NCBI GenBank assembly: GCA_951406725.2
Contig: OX597822.1
Span: 80,476,001-80,540,000 of the forward strand
Direction of reading: 5' to 3'
DNA from: Octopus vulgaris
Taxonomy: Eukaryota
DNA length: 64,000 bases
Shown here piece after piece: positions 26,850-40,458 of the stretch (position 1 is the stretch's first letter; every line of letters starts with the position of its first letter). A model generated the notes under the pieces. It was given only the letters and a program-made list of their open reading frames with translations. It was not told where the DNA came from and did not search any database. The translations under genes were made by a program, and so were the position numbers.

Positions 26850-27706
26850 GTCTGTCTGTCTGTCTGTCTGCCGACCTGCCTCTCTAAATGTTTATATGTG
26901 TGTGTGTGTGAGTGTGTACGTTTATATTTACACACACACAAACATACACACGTACATTCATCGATACAGTTAAAAAGAATGTAAAATATGTATTCGATCG
27001 CATGGAAGTGTAAAATTATATTAAATCAGAAAATTACATTTGGATCTTTGAACTTGGGGGTATTTCCCTCTACACGAAAGCTTCTGCAACACATTTACTT
27101 GTAAAGGCAAAAGAAAACGGCGCCAAAGTGACAAAGCACCGGACTAAATGCTTTTATTTATTAAATCATATATGGCTGGCCAAGTAACACAAATTGAAAA
27201 AGAGTATTTAGTAGTATCATGTTAATTAAGGAAGTTTGATTTTCTTTCTTATCCTTCCTCCTATTTGTTTTATTACTAATAATACGAATAATAATAATAC
27301 TAGAAAATTACTATTTTTAAATCTCAGAACGGGAGGCATTCAGTAATAGTACTTTGTAGTACCGGGGCTAAATTACAGTAACATTCGTCCTAAAGCAGGA
27401 CTACCATGTTATGTTGGTAAACAATATTTATTACGAATAGTAATACGTTCTAATCATGCTAGAGGCCCGGAAATTTTGCGGAATAGGGGTATCGTTTACG
27501 TTGATCCTTATGCTCAATCGTACCCGAAAGGATGAAAGGCAAAGCCAGATTTGGTGACATTTGAACTTAGAACGTAAATGGCTAGAAGAAATGCCGCTTA
27601 GCGTTTTATCCAGTGCAGCAACGATTCTTCCATCTTACCAACCTAAAAAGAAACACTTTACCAAACGCCATGTTGTGGGAACGGAACTGGAATCAGATTT
27701 CCCCAA

Positions 27707-27752
27707 GACACCTGATGAAGGCTGGAGGATATATCAGCCGAAACGTTGTGTT
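27707..27752 (+). ncRNA. Minimal type-I hammerhead ribozyme motif (Penelope-type)
   Basis: GACAC-CTGATGA-A-GGCTG(10-nt loop)CAGCC-GAAA-CG-T-T-GTGTT: intact core, 5-bp stem II, palindromic ACGT stem III, stem I GACAC/GTGTT. Confidence 0.8.
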
Positions 27753-27871
27753 AACAACAGACAATATGAAAGCAAATATCCGTCAAATCTAAATAATGTA
27801 AATAAAGTAAATAATGTACACAATTCCTCATCTCTTAAATATAGAACTGTAGTGAATTTTATTCCCAAAAA

Positions 27872-28040
27872 GGCGCAGGAGCGACTGTGTGGTAAGAAGC
27901 TCGCTTCCCAAGCACATGGATTCGTGTTCATCCCACTGTGTGGTACTATATTTCTCCTATAGCCTCGGGTCGACCAAAGCCTTGTGAGTGAATTTGGTAG
28001 ACGGAAACTGAAAGAAGCCCGTATATATATATATATATAA

Positions 28041-28096
<56 letters not shown>

Positions 28097-28275
28097 GTGT
28101 GTTTGTGTGTATATGTTTGTGTGTCTGTGTTTGTTCCCCAAATATCACTTGACTACATATGTTGGTATGTTTAGGTCCCCGAAATTTAGTAGAATAAGTA
28201 CTAGTCTTAGAAAGAATAAGCCCTGGGTTCGATTTGCATGGCCGCAGCCAAATGACTGAAACAAGTAAAAGAGTA
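27872..28275 (+). mobile_element. SINE family B, near full length
   Basis: GGCGCAGGAGCGACTGTGTGGTAAGAAGC head through TGACTGAAACAAGTAAAAGAG tail. Confidence 0.9.
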
Positions 28276-28574
28276 AAATATACAATATACACACAACGAT
28301 ATACGATATACATTGGAAATGGAGAAGAGAAGATGAAGGAATGTTAGTCATTGACGGGATGTTCCTTTTGTGGCTGGTCGTTGCTTAGACATCCGCTGTC
28401 GTTAGTACCCGAAACGCTACTATTTTTTGTAAAACTCAGATGAAAGTACTTCGTTTCATGATAGAATCCCGTGAGTCTGGGCGTCTGTTGCGAATAATAA
28501 CCCTGGCTCGGTTCATAGATACATTTTCCCTACTTAGTTCATAGGGTGGAGTCGAAATAAGTTGTTCGAATATT

Positions 28575-28757
28575 CGTTTCTACTCTAGGCACAAGAAGGC
28601 TCGAAATACTGGGGGAGGGGGCCAGTCGATTAGATCGACCCCAGTACCCAAGTGGTGCTTAATTTATCGGCACTGAATGGATGAAAAGCAAAGTCGACCT
28701 CGGCGGAATTTGAACTTAGAACGTAGCGGCAGACGAAATACCTATTTCTTTATTTCC
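28575..28757 (-). mobile_element. SINE family A terminal unit
   Basis: Colinear with 409-563. Confidence 0.88.
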
Positions 28758-28969
28758 CCCTGTCTCTTTATAATTAATTTTGATTAATTTATTTTGAAGT
28801 GAATAAATTATCGTAATAAGTCTTATGAAATAATATCAAATATCAATCGAGTATGTATCGGGTATATTTCTCTGTAAATAAAATGCAAAGTCCTGAAATT
28901 GTTTTCTGCCTTTCTCCTAATGTATATAAAATGTGAAAAATAAAGCAAGTATCCTGGCCATTGCTGTCT

Positions 28970-29217
28970 CGAATCTTATGGCTCATAAGACCAGTTATCT
29001 TGTTCCCATGGAATAAGTGAGACTACAACATTCACCTGAACCGGATGCCAGCCCTTCGAAGGGTTATTTGAGTTACTTGTGTAAAGCTGAGTGGACTGGG
29101 GCAGGGCGAAATGATGTGTTTTGCTCAAGAAGACAATGCACTACTTGGTCTGGGAAACGAAACAACGATCATACGACTATGAGCGCAACACCTTAGCCAC
29201 TAGACCACGGATCTTCA
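28970..29217 (-). mobile_element. SINE family D
   Basis: AGCTGAGTGGACTGG...TTTTGCTCAAGAAGACAATGCA...CCTTAGCCACTAGACCACG. Confidence 0.75.
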
Positions 29218-30661
29218 ACGTCTAATGTATAAAATACTGAAATGACTTACGACATTATCACAAAACTACAAACTTTAAAGGAGGAAGATGAAAGTTAGGG
29301 TATCCCATTAACGCGCCGACCCTACCATAAGGATGGAAAGGAAACCAAAATCTACTCCGGCGAGATTTGAAATCAGAAAGATAAAACGACTTCACTCAAA
29401 ACGAAAAGTAACAATTTCATCAACCCCTTTACTGGTTCAGCAAATACATCTCTCTGAAAAGCAGTATAATGATGGTCCGATTAGGGGTTGCATGTTGTCT
29501 AGTCTAATATCAACTTAATCACGTCAACGTATAATTGATGCCATTGAAGCCCCTAATCAACAAGTTTCTTTAATTTACTTTCTTTAATATACAATGTATA
29601 CTCTTGGTAGATATATCCCATCACCTTTTCAAAGGTGGTATAACTTTTGATTCTAGGAAGATTTGGTTGCTATTTCTAGTAAATCGAGTGGCTGCATAGA
29701 GGCCTTTGTTTGGCTTCTAATTATAAATCATTATTATGATAATAATGACGATTACGACGATGATGTCTGTCTGTTTGTCTGTATGTATATGTGTATATGT
29801 ACGTGTGTATATGTGTGTGTGTGTGTGTATGCCTCTGAATGTATGTACTTATGCGTGTATGTACGTACGAACGCATCAATGGGTGTACATGTGTATGTAT
29901 ACACGTATATATGCATGTATGTATGTACCCCAACAGAGAATCGACGGAGATTACATTTTAGAACAAAACAACCACCGAATAAAGGAATAAATAAATAAAA
30001 ATAAATAAATAAATAAATAAATACACAGAAACTATTTCCAATGAATTGAAAATTTATACAGAATATATAAAAGGGCACGAAACAGTGTTTCTGTTGCTGT
30101 TGTTGTGGTGCTGTGGTTTTGAGTTTATGCCCCAGAGCAGACATGATCGAGCAGATATACGGTCAAAAGTATTCCAGAAACGACCATCAATCGGTACTAG
30201 AGGTATTTAGGTACGGCTGTAGTACCCAGTGCACTAAAATACTTCTATAAGATGATAGACTTTCATTAGGAGATGATAGATTTGGCTGCTATTTCTAAAA
30301 GTCTCCATCATGCGTTCATCGTTGTTATTGGCGTAATTGAGTTTAGCACCAGATCGATCCTTTTAGAACACTAACATTCAAAACCATTCCAATCATGACC
30401 AACTCTCGGCATATAACCCTGTCCAGTGTTTCTTTTTAAACTTCTTTTTTTGAATGATAGAGTATGATTTCAAAGATATTTAGCTACTATGTCTAGGAAG
30501 TTGAACAGCTTAATAGAGGACCCGCCTCTGCCCCGATGGGACGTAGGTTTTTGTATGGTATTCAAAGCGAACTCAGCGGGTATTTGTCGCAATAATATCA
30601 GCTGATATTGTTTCCACAAAATGAATATAGGTTCAAACATATTTGCGTCATAAAATGTTTC

Positions 30662-30793
30662 GTCCCCAACCACATGGTTTCGGGTTCAGTACCATTGCAC
30701 AACGCCTTGGACAAGTGTCATTTACTCTAGCCTCGGGCCGACTAAAGCCTTGTGAGTAGATTTGATAGATGGAAATGATATAAGTCCGTCGTG

Positions 30794-30829
<36 letters not shown>

Positions 30830-31150
30830 GAGGTGTTGGTTTGTTTACATCTCTGTAAATTAGCGGTTCGGCAAAACACAATCGATAGAATAAGTACCAA
30901 ACTTAAGGACAGGTCCGGCTCAAGATACCGGCAACTCTGGCGGTCGCCCAGGGTGCAAATTGCTAGGGGGCGCCAAAGAGGGCCTGACAAGGACAAGGAA
31001 ATTTCCACCATCGTCATCTTGTACACGGCGAAGTTCAGCATGCGCCAGCAACCATAGAGAATGTCAGAGGACGGGGATCGATGTGTTCGACTGAAACCCT
31101 TTAAGGCCGTACCCCAACATGGCCGTAGCCCACTGACTGACACAAGTAAT
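30662..31150 (+). mobile_element. SINE family B carrying a GC-rich insertion at about 30910-31070
   Basis: Family B head and tail are colinear on either side of the insert. Confidence 0.82.
30910..31070 (+). mobile_element. Probable hAT-type DNA transposon end fragment
   Basis: Starts CAGGTCCGGCTC and contains CGCCCAGGGTGCAAATTGCTAGGGGGCGCC, resembling CAGGGCCGGC-type hAT termini; second TIR not seen. Confidence 0.45.
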
Positions 31151-31528
31151 AGTGATAGGCAGATTTATATCTTTCTTTTGTTCTTCACCTACCTGGGTTA
31201 TTTATTTCAAGAGACTCAAAATTGGAATTTCATAGTAAACGAAGTGGGTGGTTAAGCAAATTGGGTGCGACACATTCATGTCTGAAAGAATTGTCACATT
31301 GTCTCAGGACGTCAATTTACTGACAGGGTCTTAGGAATGGTGTGTCTTGTGCGTGGTTTAGACCTGGTGAGGCAAGTCCTTCGCTAGGACTAACCACGAG
31401 AGATTTGTTACAATGGACAGAAAGTTATACATATACAAAGAAAAAACGCGAAAGAGATAAGAGCGAGAAGTGTGTATACAGGGCTGGACAAACGTAGGAA
31501 TACAGTTGCTTAATATGAGTGGAATGTT

Positions 31529-31698
31529 TAGGCGTCATTTCGTCCGTGTTTACGTTCTCAGTTTAAATGCCCCAGGGATCGACTTCCCCTTTCATCATTT
31601 AGGGGTCGATAAAATAAGTACCATTTGAGCAACGGAGTCGATGTAATCCATTTATCCTATCCCACGAAATTGCTGGCCTTGTGCGAAAATTTGAAATC
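31529..31698 (+). mobile_element. SINE family A, 5'-truncated, with degenerate TSD
   Basis: Flanked by AATATGAGTGGAATGTT (31512-31528) and AATATGAATGGGATGTT (31699-31715). Confidence 0.82.
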
Positions 31699-33011
31699 AA
31701 TATGAATGGGATGTTCATAGAATTCTTATCCTAAAAATGTAATGGGGGAAATGAAAAGAGCCTTCCACTCATTTAACAACAGTTGCCCGCTTTTACCCAC
31801 CGCCGTTCGTATATGAGGGACAGTTACTTTATTTAACGAACCCCGAAATGGTAACAGGCAGGGTTAACTTTGGTAGGAATTGAAACCTGAATTTAAAGAT
31901 GGGAAATAAAAATAACTGTTAAATAATCTCTCTGGTGCTCTAACAGCTCTCTTAGTTCACTGCCTCAATGGAGTATTACAAGACATCGAAAGTATATCAT
32001 GATAATTTATTGTAGTTCATTACAAACGAAATTTCTTTTAGATTTCGTTCTATTCTCGAAAACACGATCGTCAAAGCACGTACGTGCAAGTGTATATAAG
32101 CGTGTATGTATGTATGTATGTATGTATGTATGTATGTATGTATCTATGTGTATATGTATGTGTTTGTGTGTGTGTATACGCACACACACGCACACAATAT
32201 ATATATATATCATATATAAATAGACATATATATATATATATACAAGCATGCGAACGAACGTATATATGTGTATATATATGTGTGTATGTGTGTATATACA
32301 CAAATATGTATGTGTGAATGTGTATATATCATAGTCTCTGAGAAGCTTCCAATTAGAAACGAACTTTATTTTTCTATTTTGTTTTATACGGAAAAAAATT
32401 TAAACAGGATAGACAAATACACCATCCACCCAAGTATACATTCATACAAACATACATACATACTTACATGGTCACACAGGCATACATGTATAGTATGGTA
32501 AACATAATTATATAATGTATTTATTTGAAATTTTGGTACTTTTCCGAAGAGAATAAATTTAAAACATATCATTAGCAAAATTGAAATACTACTGCAATCA
32601 CGAATCGAAACATGATCGTCTCCAACGACATGTCTTACACGCGCCTTCGATCGGTCGCACACGCACTCGGACGCGAAACCTGTATACCGGGCCATTAGCG
32701 TTTTGTTTTAACGATGATCGCCATTACATAAATAAAGACGGCCTGTAGAAGCCCAACCCGCGCATTGTAAGACTACCACGCCTGTCAAAATGGCGGAAAA
32801 CATACACGATCCACCCACAAACAAAATATGGAAAGAATGAGACAGCGATAAAGTAAATCACCTACTTGAAGAGAGAACTAAAAGAGTGCATATAATCTAT
32901 AACCTGTTACGATATCTATTCTGATATGTTTGTTGTATATTAAGTGAAATGACAACATTGTATACATACATACATACATACATACATACATACATACATA
33001 CATACATACAT

Positions 33012-33091
<80 letters not shown>

Positions 33092-33239
33092 CACGAGAGA
33101 GAGAGAGTGACAGATAGATACATACATACATAGATAATACACATACATACATACATACATACATACATACATACATACATACATACATACATACATAACA
33201 AACATACGTACATACAAAAATAGATAGAGAGCGTGATAT

Positions 33240-33283
33240 ACAGTCTGACGAAGGTGAGCAAGCCGAAACTTCGAACTTGCTGT
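33240..33283 (+). ncRNA. Minimal hammerhead ribozyme motif (second Penelope-like family)
   Basis: ACAGT-CTGACGA-A-GGT(GAGCAA)GCC-GAAA-CTTCGAAC-T-T-GCTGT; stems I and II pair; stem III has one C-C mismatch versus the ACTTCGAAGT palindrome at 53.8 kb. Confidence 0.68.
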
Positions 33284-33493
33284 CAACGTTTTCGTTGTAA
33301 AAGTTTATTGAAGATGTTCTCTTCTAGAAGAATTGAAATAATCTTTCAGTTTCATGCTCTTATATATAATTTCTATATAACTTGACGTTTAATTAAACAT
33401 TGTGTGTGTGTTTGTGCGCGAGCGCGTGCAGGCGTGTGTATCTTTGTGAGTATGTATATCGTGTATATTTTTTGTATACGTATTTGCGTATAA

Positions 33494-33540
<47 letters not shown>

Positions 33541-33591
33541 TATATACATACATACATTAGATGTATATATGTATGTAAGTAAGCATATGCA

Positions 33592-33624
<33 letters not shown>

Positions 33625-34679
33625 TACGCGTGAGATGTATGTTGTTGAATGGTTGTGCGTAAATGTACATTAATATGTATGTATATATATATATACTTTA
33701 TATGTATATATATACTTTATATACATATATATATTTATATATATGAGTACACATATGTGTTTATACACGTATATAAGTATGTGTGTGTGTGTATGTATGT
33801 GCGTGAGCGTGTACGTGTATTCGCGTGCATATTTGTATCTATTTCTTCTGTTATCTCAACACCATTCACAATGAAAAAGCAACGCTATATATTTATATAT
33901 AATTTAATATATTTAGTATATAATTCTGTATATTTAATGTAATCGGAATTGGGTGTTCTCACTAAATTTTCCTCACCTGCTATTACGATCACACAACTAG
34001 AAACTGTTAGAAATACCAGCCAAACCTCCTTAAAAGCTCATGCTGAATGGACACAGATTAGTAATTATAATCGTATATACTCATTAAAAATGTGGGACGA
34101 TCACGGTTGGGAAGTCCTTTTCATAGATCTGCTCTGTATGATTCTTGGCTGATTGGTAACCTCTGTTGGGTTAATCGATCTACTAGAAACAACAGCCAGT
34201 TATTGCTCATATCATATTCAAACTGAGAGAGAAATGAATGCTTTGGAAGATGAGTTAATGAGTTAACTGAAGCTTAGTAAAAGAAAATGGGATGGCCACT
34301 ATTAGAAAGGATTTGAACGTAGTTCTGTTCAACCAGGACTGACGTGGGGTTAGCTAAGAAAACAAAAATAAGAACGAAATAACAGGTACAACTATAACAA
34401 TTACTACACCAAAAATTTTAGCATCACTCTCGATCACATGACCATCACTACCAACAGCAATCGAACCATTATGTGCTCGCTAGACCTACTAGATATTGCA
34501 GCCAAATCTCCCTCAGATCACAATATCGTCTCGAAAAAGATAAGGAGAGAAAGGATATTTCTAGATACCCGTAAACACCTAACAAGTTAGAATTGTCCTG
34601 CTCGGGTTACCTTTGGTCATGGGTTTTCTGGATCAGGGGCCGAGGACGAGGAAAAGATCGGAAACAGCATTTACTGATT

Positions 34680-34865
34680 GGCTTGTGTATGGTCATGTAG
34701 TTAAGAGGCCCCTTTTGCAAGCACTAGGTTTCGGGTTCAGTCTTACTGCACCGCACGTTGGGTAGGTGTCTTCTATTATATCTCCGCACCACCCAAAGCC
34801 ACTTGAGTTAATTATTGTAAACGGAAACTATGTGGAAGCTCGTAGTATACATTTGTGTGTGCGTG

Positions 34866-34931
<66 letters not shown>

Positions 34932-35015
34932 TATGCTTGTGTTTGTTCTTCACCACCGCTTTAAGCTAGTGATGTTTTGTGTATGTTACAGTTACCTAGC
35001 GGTTCGGCAAAAGGG
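34680..35015 (+). mobile_element. SINE family B (diverged)
   Basis: GGTTTCGGGTTCAGT...GTGTCTTCTATTATA...ACGGAAACT...(GT)n...TAGCGGTTCGGCAAAAG. Confidence 0.78.
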
Positions 35016-35084
35016 TTCCATTCATATCAGCTATTTTTACCGCTACTATCTTGTGTAAAATGGGTAATAGGTCCTGACTAGATT

Positions 35085-35620
35085 ATAGACCCAAACTAAA
35101 TGGAAAATATAGGCACCATTTCATCTGTTGATAGGCCCAGATCAGATGTGGAATATTAGCGTCATTTCATTTAGTGGTAGTGTCTCATCAGTTGTTAAAT
35201 ACAAGCGCCATGTCTTCAGGCAAAAGGCCCAGGCCAGACGTGAAATATAGGCATCATATTATCTGATAATAGACTCACCTAAATGTGAACTATTTGATCT
35301 ATTTCAACTCGTGATATTTCCTGTGCTGATAGAATTTTTAGCACTCCGGACAAACTGCTTTACGGCATTTTGTCCATCTTTACAATTTGAGTTCAACTTT
35401 CGTCGAAATCGACTTTACTTTCATCCTTTTGCGGTCGATGAAATAAGTACCAGTTGAATACTGGAATCGATATAATCGGCCTACTCCCTTACTTCGAATT
35501 TGCTGGCCTTGTGCTAAAATTTAAAACCAATATTTCCTGGCCAAATGTGAAATTTCGGTGCCACTACATTTGGTCATTGACCAAGCCAAATGGTTAGGCT
35601 TTATTTCCAATTTGTTCATT
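35085..35620. repeat. Old 46-bp minisatellite, split by a SINE
   Basis: Units start at 35085, 35131, 35177, 35223 and 35269; similar units resume after 35540. Confidence 0.8.
35324..35529 (+). mobile_element. SINE family A with 10-bp TSD
   Basis: ATATTTCCTG at 35314-35323 and 35530-35539. Confidence 0.85.
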
Positions 35621-36389
35621 AAATATTTTCGCATTGAATGCTAAATGAATATAATTGATAGATGGCTTGCGTGTATATACACATGTATATGTAGTGAACA
35701 GAATGTCCTTACAACATAAAAAACTCGGAATTTATTTTAAAACAGGGAATTCTTACGAAGTGTCCCTCTTCAAAGAAGAGAAGTAGCCGCCTCCCACGAA
35801 AATCATAAATTCTTGTCAACTGGCCCATCTAGCCATCTGTTTCTGCTGTTTCAGTAATGCCAATTCCACAAGCACGAGCCAACTAGAGAGCGTTTATGTA
35901 GCCATTCGACATGCAACAATTAGAAGTCAAATCTCCCTGAATAAACAATGTGGGGTCTTCATAAGGAAAGAGGGCATTGGAAAATGTCGTCCATCTTATT
36001 GTAAATATGATGATAAGATTATGGGTGGAGCGTTTGTAACCATAAGTCTGTTTGTTCAACGCTGACCTGGGGTTAAACAAATATAAAAGCCACGAAGTCC
36101 ATTGAAAATCATTTATGACCATGAGATACCTATGCGCAGTGGCAGTTGGTCAAGCTAGAAACTGTAGCCAAAATATCCCTACAAATCACAGTCCTGAACC
36201 AAAGAAAGAAAGAAGGAGAGGGAGAGAAGGAGGGGAGAGGGAGAGAGAAACATTAAAACACTGTAATGTTCCCTGATATACAAACAAGCGGGATGGCCAC
36301 GGCCGACATGCCTTCGAAAACAGATCCGCTCGATATTTGTTGGTCTAGTGTTACACAACAACAACACCAACAACTAACACACGCCTATT

Positions 36390-37210
36390 TTCTACTACTA
36401 CTACTACTACTACAATTATTTATTCTATCATAAACACCACTCCCTCCATCACCAACACCACCCCAAAACTACCAACAACAATAACGGCACCACTACCACC
36501 ACCACCACCACCACCACAAATACTATCACCAAACTATCAACATTAACACCACCATACTCCCACCTCTACAGTGTTAGTATCCACATCAGCGTTATATACC
36601 CAGTATCAGTTACTACTCCAACAACCTATACCACTACCTGGCACCATACTATGGTGGTACTATGACTTCCATAGCCACTACCTTCGGCGCTACCACTCTC
36701 ATAACAACCACAACTAGACTGCTAACAACATATGACTACCATTAATACCACCACCTCTGCCACCATCACCACCGCCACCGTCACCGAGAGAAAACATCAC
36801 CACCACTGGTTTCACCACTGCCATCGCCATCATCACCACTACCATCACTACCGCCAACAACAACAACAACATCACCACCATCACCGCTATCACCATCATT
36901 AACACTATTACCATCACTGCCATCACCACCATCACCACCACCACCACCAACAACAACAACAACGGCCACAACAACAGCATCACTCCCACCATCACCACAC
37001 CACCACCATCATCACCATCACTACCGTCAGCGAGGCTACAACCTTATTTCTTCAAGTATTGCGCGATGACCATTAACACTACCACCTGCACAAAATCTAC
37101 CCCGATTACAAGAAACAATAGCTTCACCACCCACTAACTACTATCGCCAAAACATCAACGACAAAAAACAACAACACCCCTGTAACCACAACTACCACCT
37201 ACACCGTACT
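36390..37210. repeat. Degenerate (CAC/CAA/CAT)n low-complexity tract
   Basis: Directly visible. Confidence 0.85.
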
Positions 37211-37438
37211 GCAGTCCTGTTGTATAAGCTAACAACAGCCAATGTTAGATCCACACCCACATTATATCAGTGAGTCAGTGAGTCATGCTCTCCTCACTCG
37301 TTACGTTTCATTAAAAGCCATTTCGCTCATTCATTCGCTAGCTCATTCATTCATTCATTCATTCATTCATTCATTCATTCATTCATTCTCTCGTTCATTC
37401 ATTCATTCATTTATTTATTCATTCCTCTACCGTTTAAC

Positions 37439-37491
<53 letters not shown>

Positions 37492-37530
37492 TATATACAC
37501 ACACATATATACATATACATATACACACAC

Positions 37531-37563
<33 letters not shown>

Positions 37564-37624
37564 CACATACATACATACATGTATATATATATATATATAT
37601 ACACACATACATACATACATACAT

Positions 37625-37675
<51 letters not shown>

Positions 37676-38893
37676 CATACATACATACATATATATATAT
37701 ATACACACATATACTACTTTTTAAGATGTTTGGGTAAGATTTGACTTAAGGGCAGTGGTATCATCATCATCATCAGCTGTAGTAGTAGTAACAATAGTAG
37801 TAGTAGTAGTAGTAGTAGTAGTACTAGTAGTAGTAGTAGTAGAAATGACGCTTGTGATAGTTGGGGTTAACACCAGGTCAGCTTTTAGCCAGCAGATCAC
37901 AGATCAAAGACATATCAGCCATGACCATCGCATCTACTTAGGTATCAGGAACAATATTGTCGAACTTCGCTTTCTCTTTCTCCTCCTCTTTCTTTCTCTC
38001 TCTCTCCCTCTCTCTGAAATTGAACAGTGAGTTGTGACTTGAGAGACATTTGACTGCCAGTTCTAGCACAAACATCGACCGCCTAGAAATTCCTCGTGGT
38101 GGTGCTAGTACTTTCTTAGTACTTTTAGCGGCAATAATGATGTTATTCTTTTTTCTATTTTTTTTCTGTACGAGGAGATTTACAAATAAAGACATTCCCG
38201 CCATGACTATCTCATCTGTTAGGAGTATATAACAGAAGAGAGATTCGTACTTGTTGTTGTGTGTAATGTTTTTACAAAGGCTAGTTTTTCTCATCCGTCC
38301 CTTACTGGCCCATATGGCCATTAGGGGTCCACATAAGGTTTTCTTGCAATAAATTGGTTGTACTTCTGCAATACACGGAATATTTTAATAGTTTGATACA
38401 ATTCCTTGTAATATTCAATCATATAAACATGATGGCTTACTTAAAACCCATTACATCTTTATAATAAGGCTCTACCCGACTAAAATAGGAATTGAAGGGG
38501 TCCCCAAATGTTTGGGAACTGTTGACTGAGATGTAATCTACCGTAGTCCCAGGTTATCTTTCCTGACGAACATTTGTAACCTAAGATATCCGATCCTGTG
38601 GAACATACAATGTTTTTTTTTCTACTGAATGTGCCACAGTACAGGATTCATGTAGATCCCACATTCAATGTGGCCTTGCTTTTTTGAGATTTTTGTAGTA
38701 AGTTATAAGGGGGACATAGCTACTCTTTCTTGCAGATCAAATGGCTATGTATTCTGTCTCTTTTTGACTCATTGTTGTTGATGACTAAAGGATCTTTTTC
38801 ACTACTTGTGCACACCGGTGCATGCATATATATATATATATATATTTATACATACATGCACACTCATACACACACGTATATATATATCTCTTT

Positions 38894-38933
<40 letters not shown>

Positions 38934-39289
38934 TTCTCTGTATATATATGTATGTGTGTGTATATATATATATATATATACACATGTTATGTATATGTAT
39001 ATATATGTATATATATGTGTATATGTATAAGTATATATATATACAGACAATGTTCACTTCACATGAGTGAATCTCTTGCTGCTATTTCTAGTACGGCAAG
39101 CGTCCATAAGCAGGCTCATGTCGGGTTGTTTTTCAGAATCTGCATTATTTTATTATGCAAAGACTTTCAATGCGGTTTTCATGTTTATTTGTGTGTGTAT
39201 GTATGTGAGCGTGAGCTTGAATTCTGTGTCGGTATGTAAGTTATAGTTGTATGGAATTGTGTACATATATATAAAAAATATCTCGTTAG

Positions 39290-39450
39290 CCACTAAACCT
39301 TCTTCTATTTTCTCTCCCTGTTTATTTCTGTTCCTTTCTGTTGAAGAGCGTAGGCTCGAAACGTAAAATACTTTCTCACTTCTCGAGCGTTAAACTAATA
39401 CATATCTTTGTTGTTTACACAGACGAATTCGTCTTTTGTTTTTTTTTCTC
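39290..39450 (+). mobile_element. Penelope-like terminal fragment with a mutated hammerhead motif
   Basis: CTGTTGA-A-GAGC(GTAG)GCTC-GAAA-CGT-A at 39338-39365; a diverged reverse-strand relative lies at about 26110-26245. Confidence 0.6.
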
Positions 39451-39863
39451 ATTATATATACATATACACACACACATACATACATGCATGGCCTACTAGG
39501 TGCCCTGTAGTTAGGGACCAATGTTACATACATGCGTCTATCACATAAGCACACCTACCCGGAGGTGTGCAATATTGTGCTATAAGCAGCGGGAAAAGCT
39601 ATCTTGCAGGACATTGTACTCAACTCTAAATATATATATATGTATATACATACACGCACCCACAAACACACACATGTATATGTATACATGCATGTATTTA
39701 TATGTATAAATGTAAATTTCATCTATTTCCTAATAAAAAAATTAAATTATTAAAGGTAGGAATGTTGCGGACTGGTTGAATATTAATTTATCAACTAATT
39801 AAATTAGACACAACCAAACTTTATATGAGTCAACCTAATTACCTAGCTACATACCTATCTATA

Positions 39864-39950
<87 letters not shown>

Positions 39951-40002
39951 ATATCTATCTATCTGTCTATCTATTTATCTATCTATCTGTGTGTGTGTTA
40001 TC

Positions 40003-40064
<62 letters not shown>

Positions 40065-40408
40065 GTATGTTATGAAGTGTATATATATATACATATATAT
40101 ACATAGAGATATAGGTATAGATATATACCTATTTGCACACATACACGTACACTGACTCATATCGGACAGACGACATAAGTGAGCTGAATACATGTTATAG
40201 AGGACATGCTTTAGAGATGCGCATACGCGCACGCACCTGCACCCGCCGAAATGGAGAGAGACGGAAAGAGAAAGCGAAAGTTGGTGATAGACAGATTGTG
40301 GGTAGCTACATCAATCTCGTATAAATAAAGTTGCACAGAATTTAAGAGAAAGATAAGATAAAACGCTGTATGTTCAAAGGGTGACGGGAATTAAATTTCC
40401 ACACAAAA

Positions 40409-40458
<50 letters not shown>

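Noticed and set aside
32384-32695. Minus-strand ORF MARYTGFASECVCDR as the next exon of the gene
   Set aside because: No suitable phase-0 acceptor or RING-like pattern; it runs into low-complexity sequence
38281-38525. Second hAT/Charlie-like MITE
   Set aside because: Only weak terminal resemblance and GGGGTCC motifs; too decayed to call
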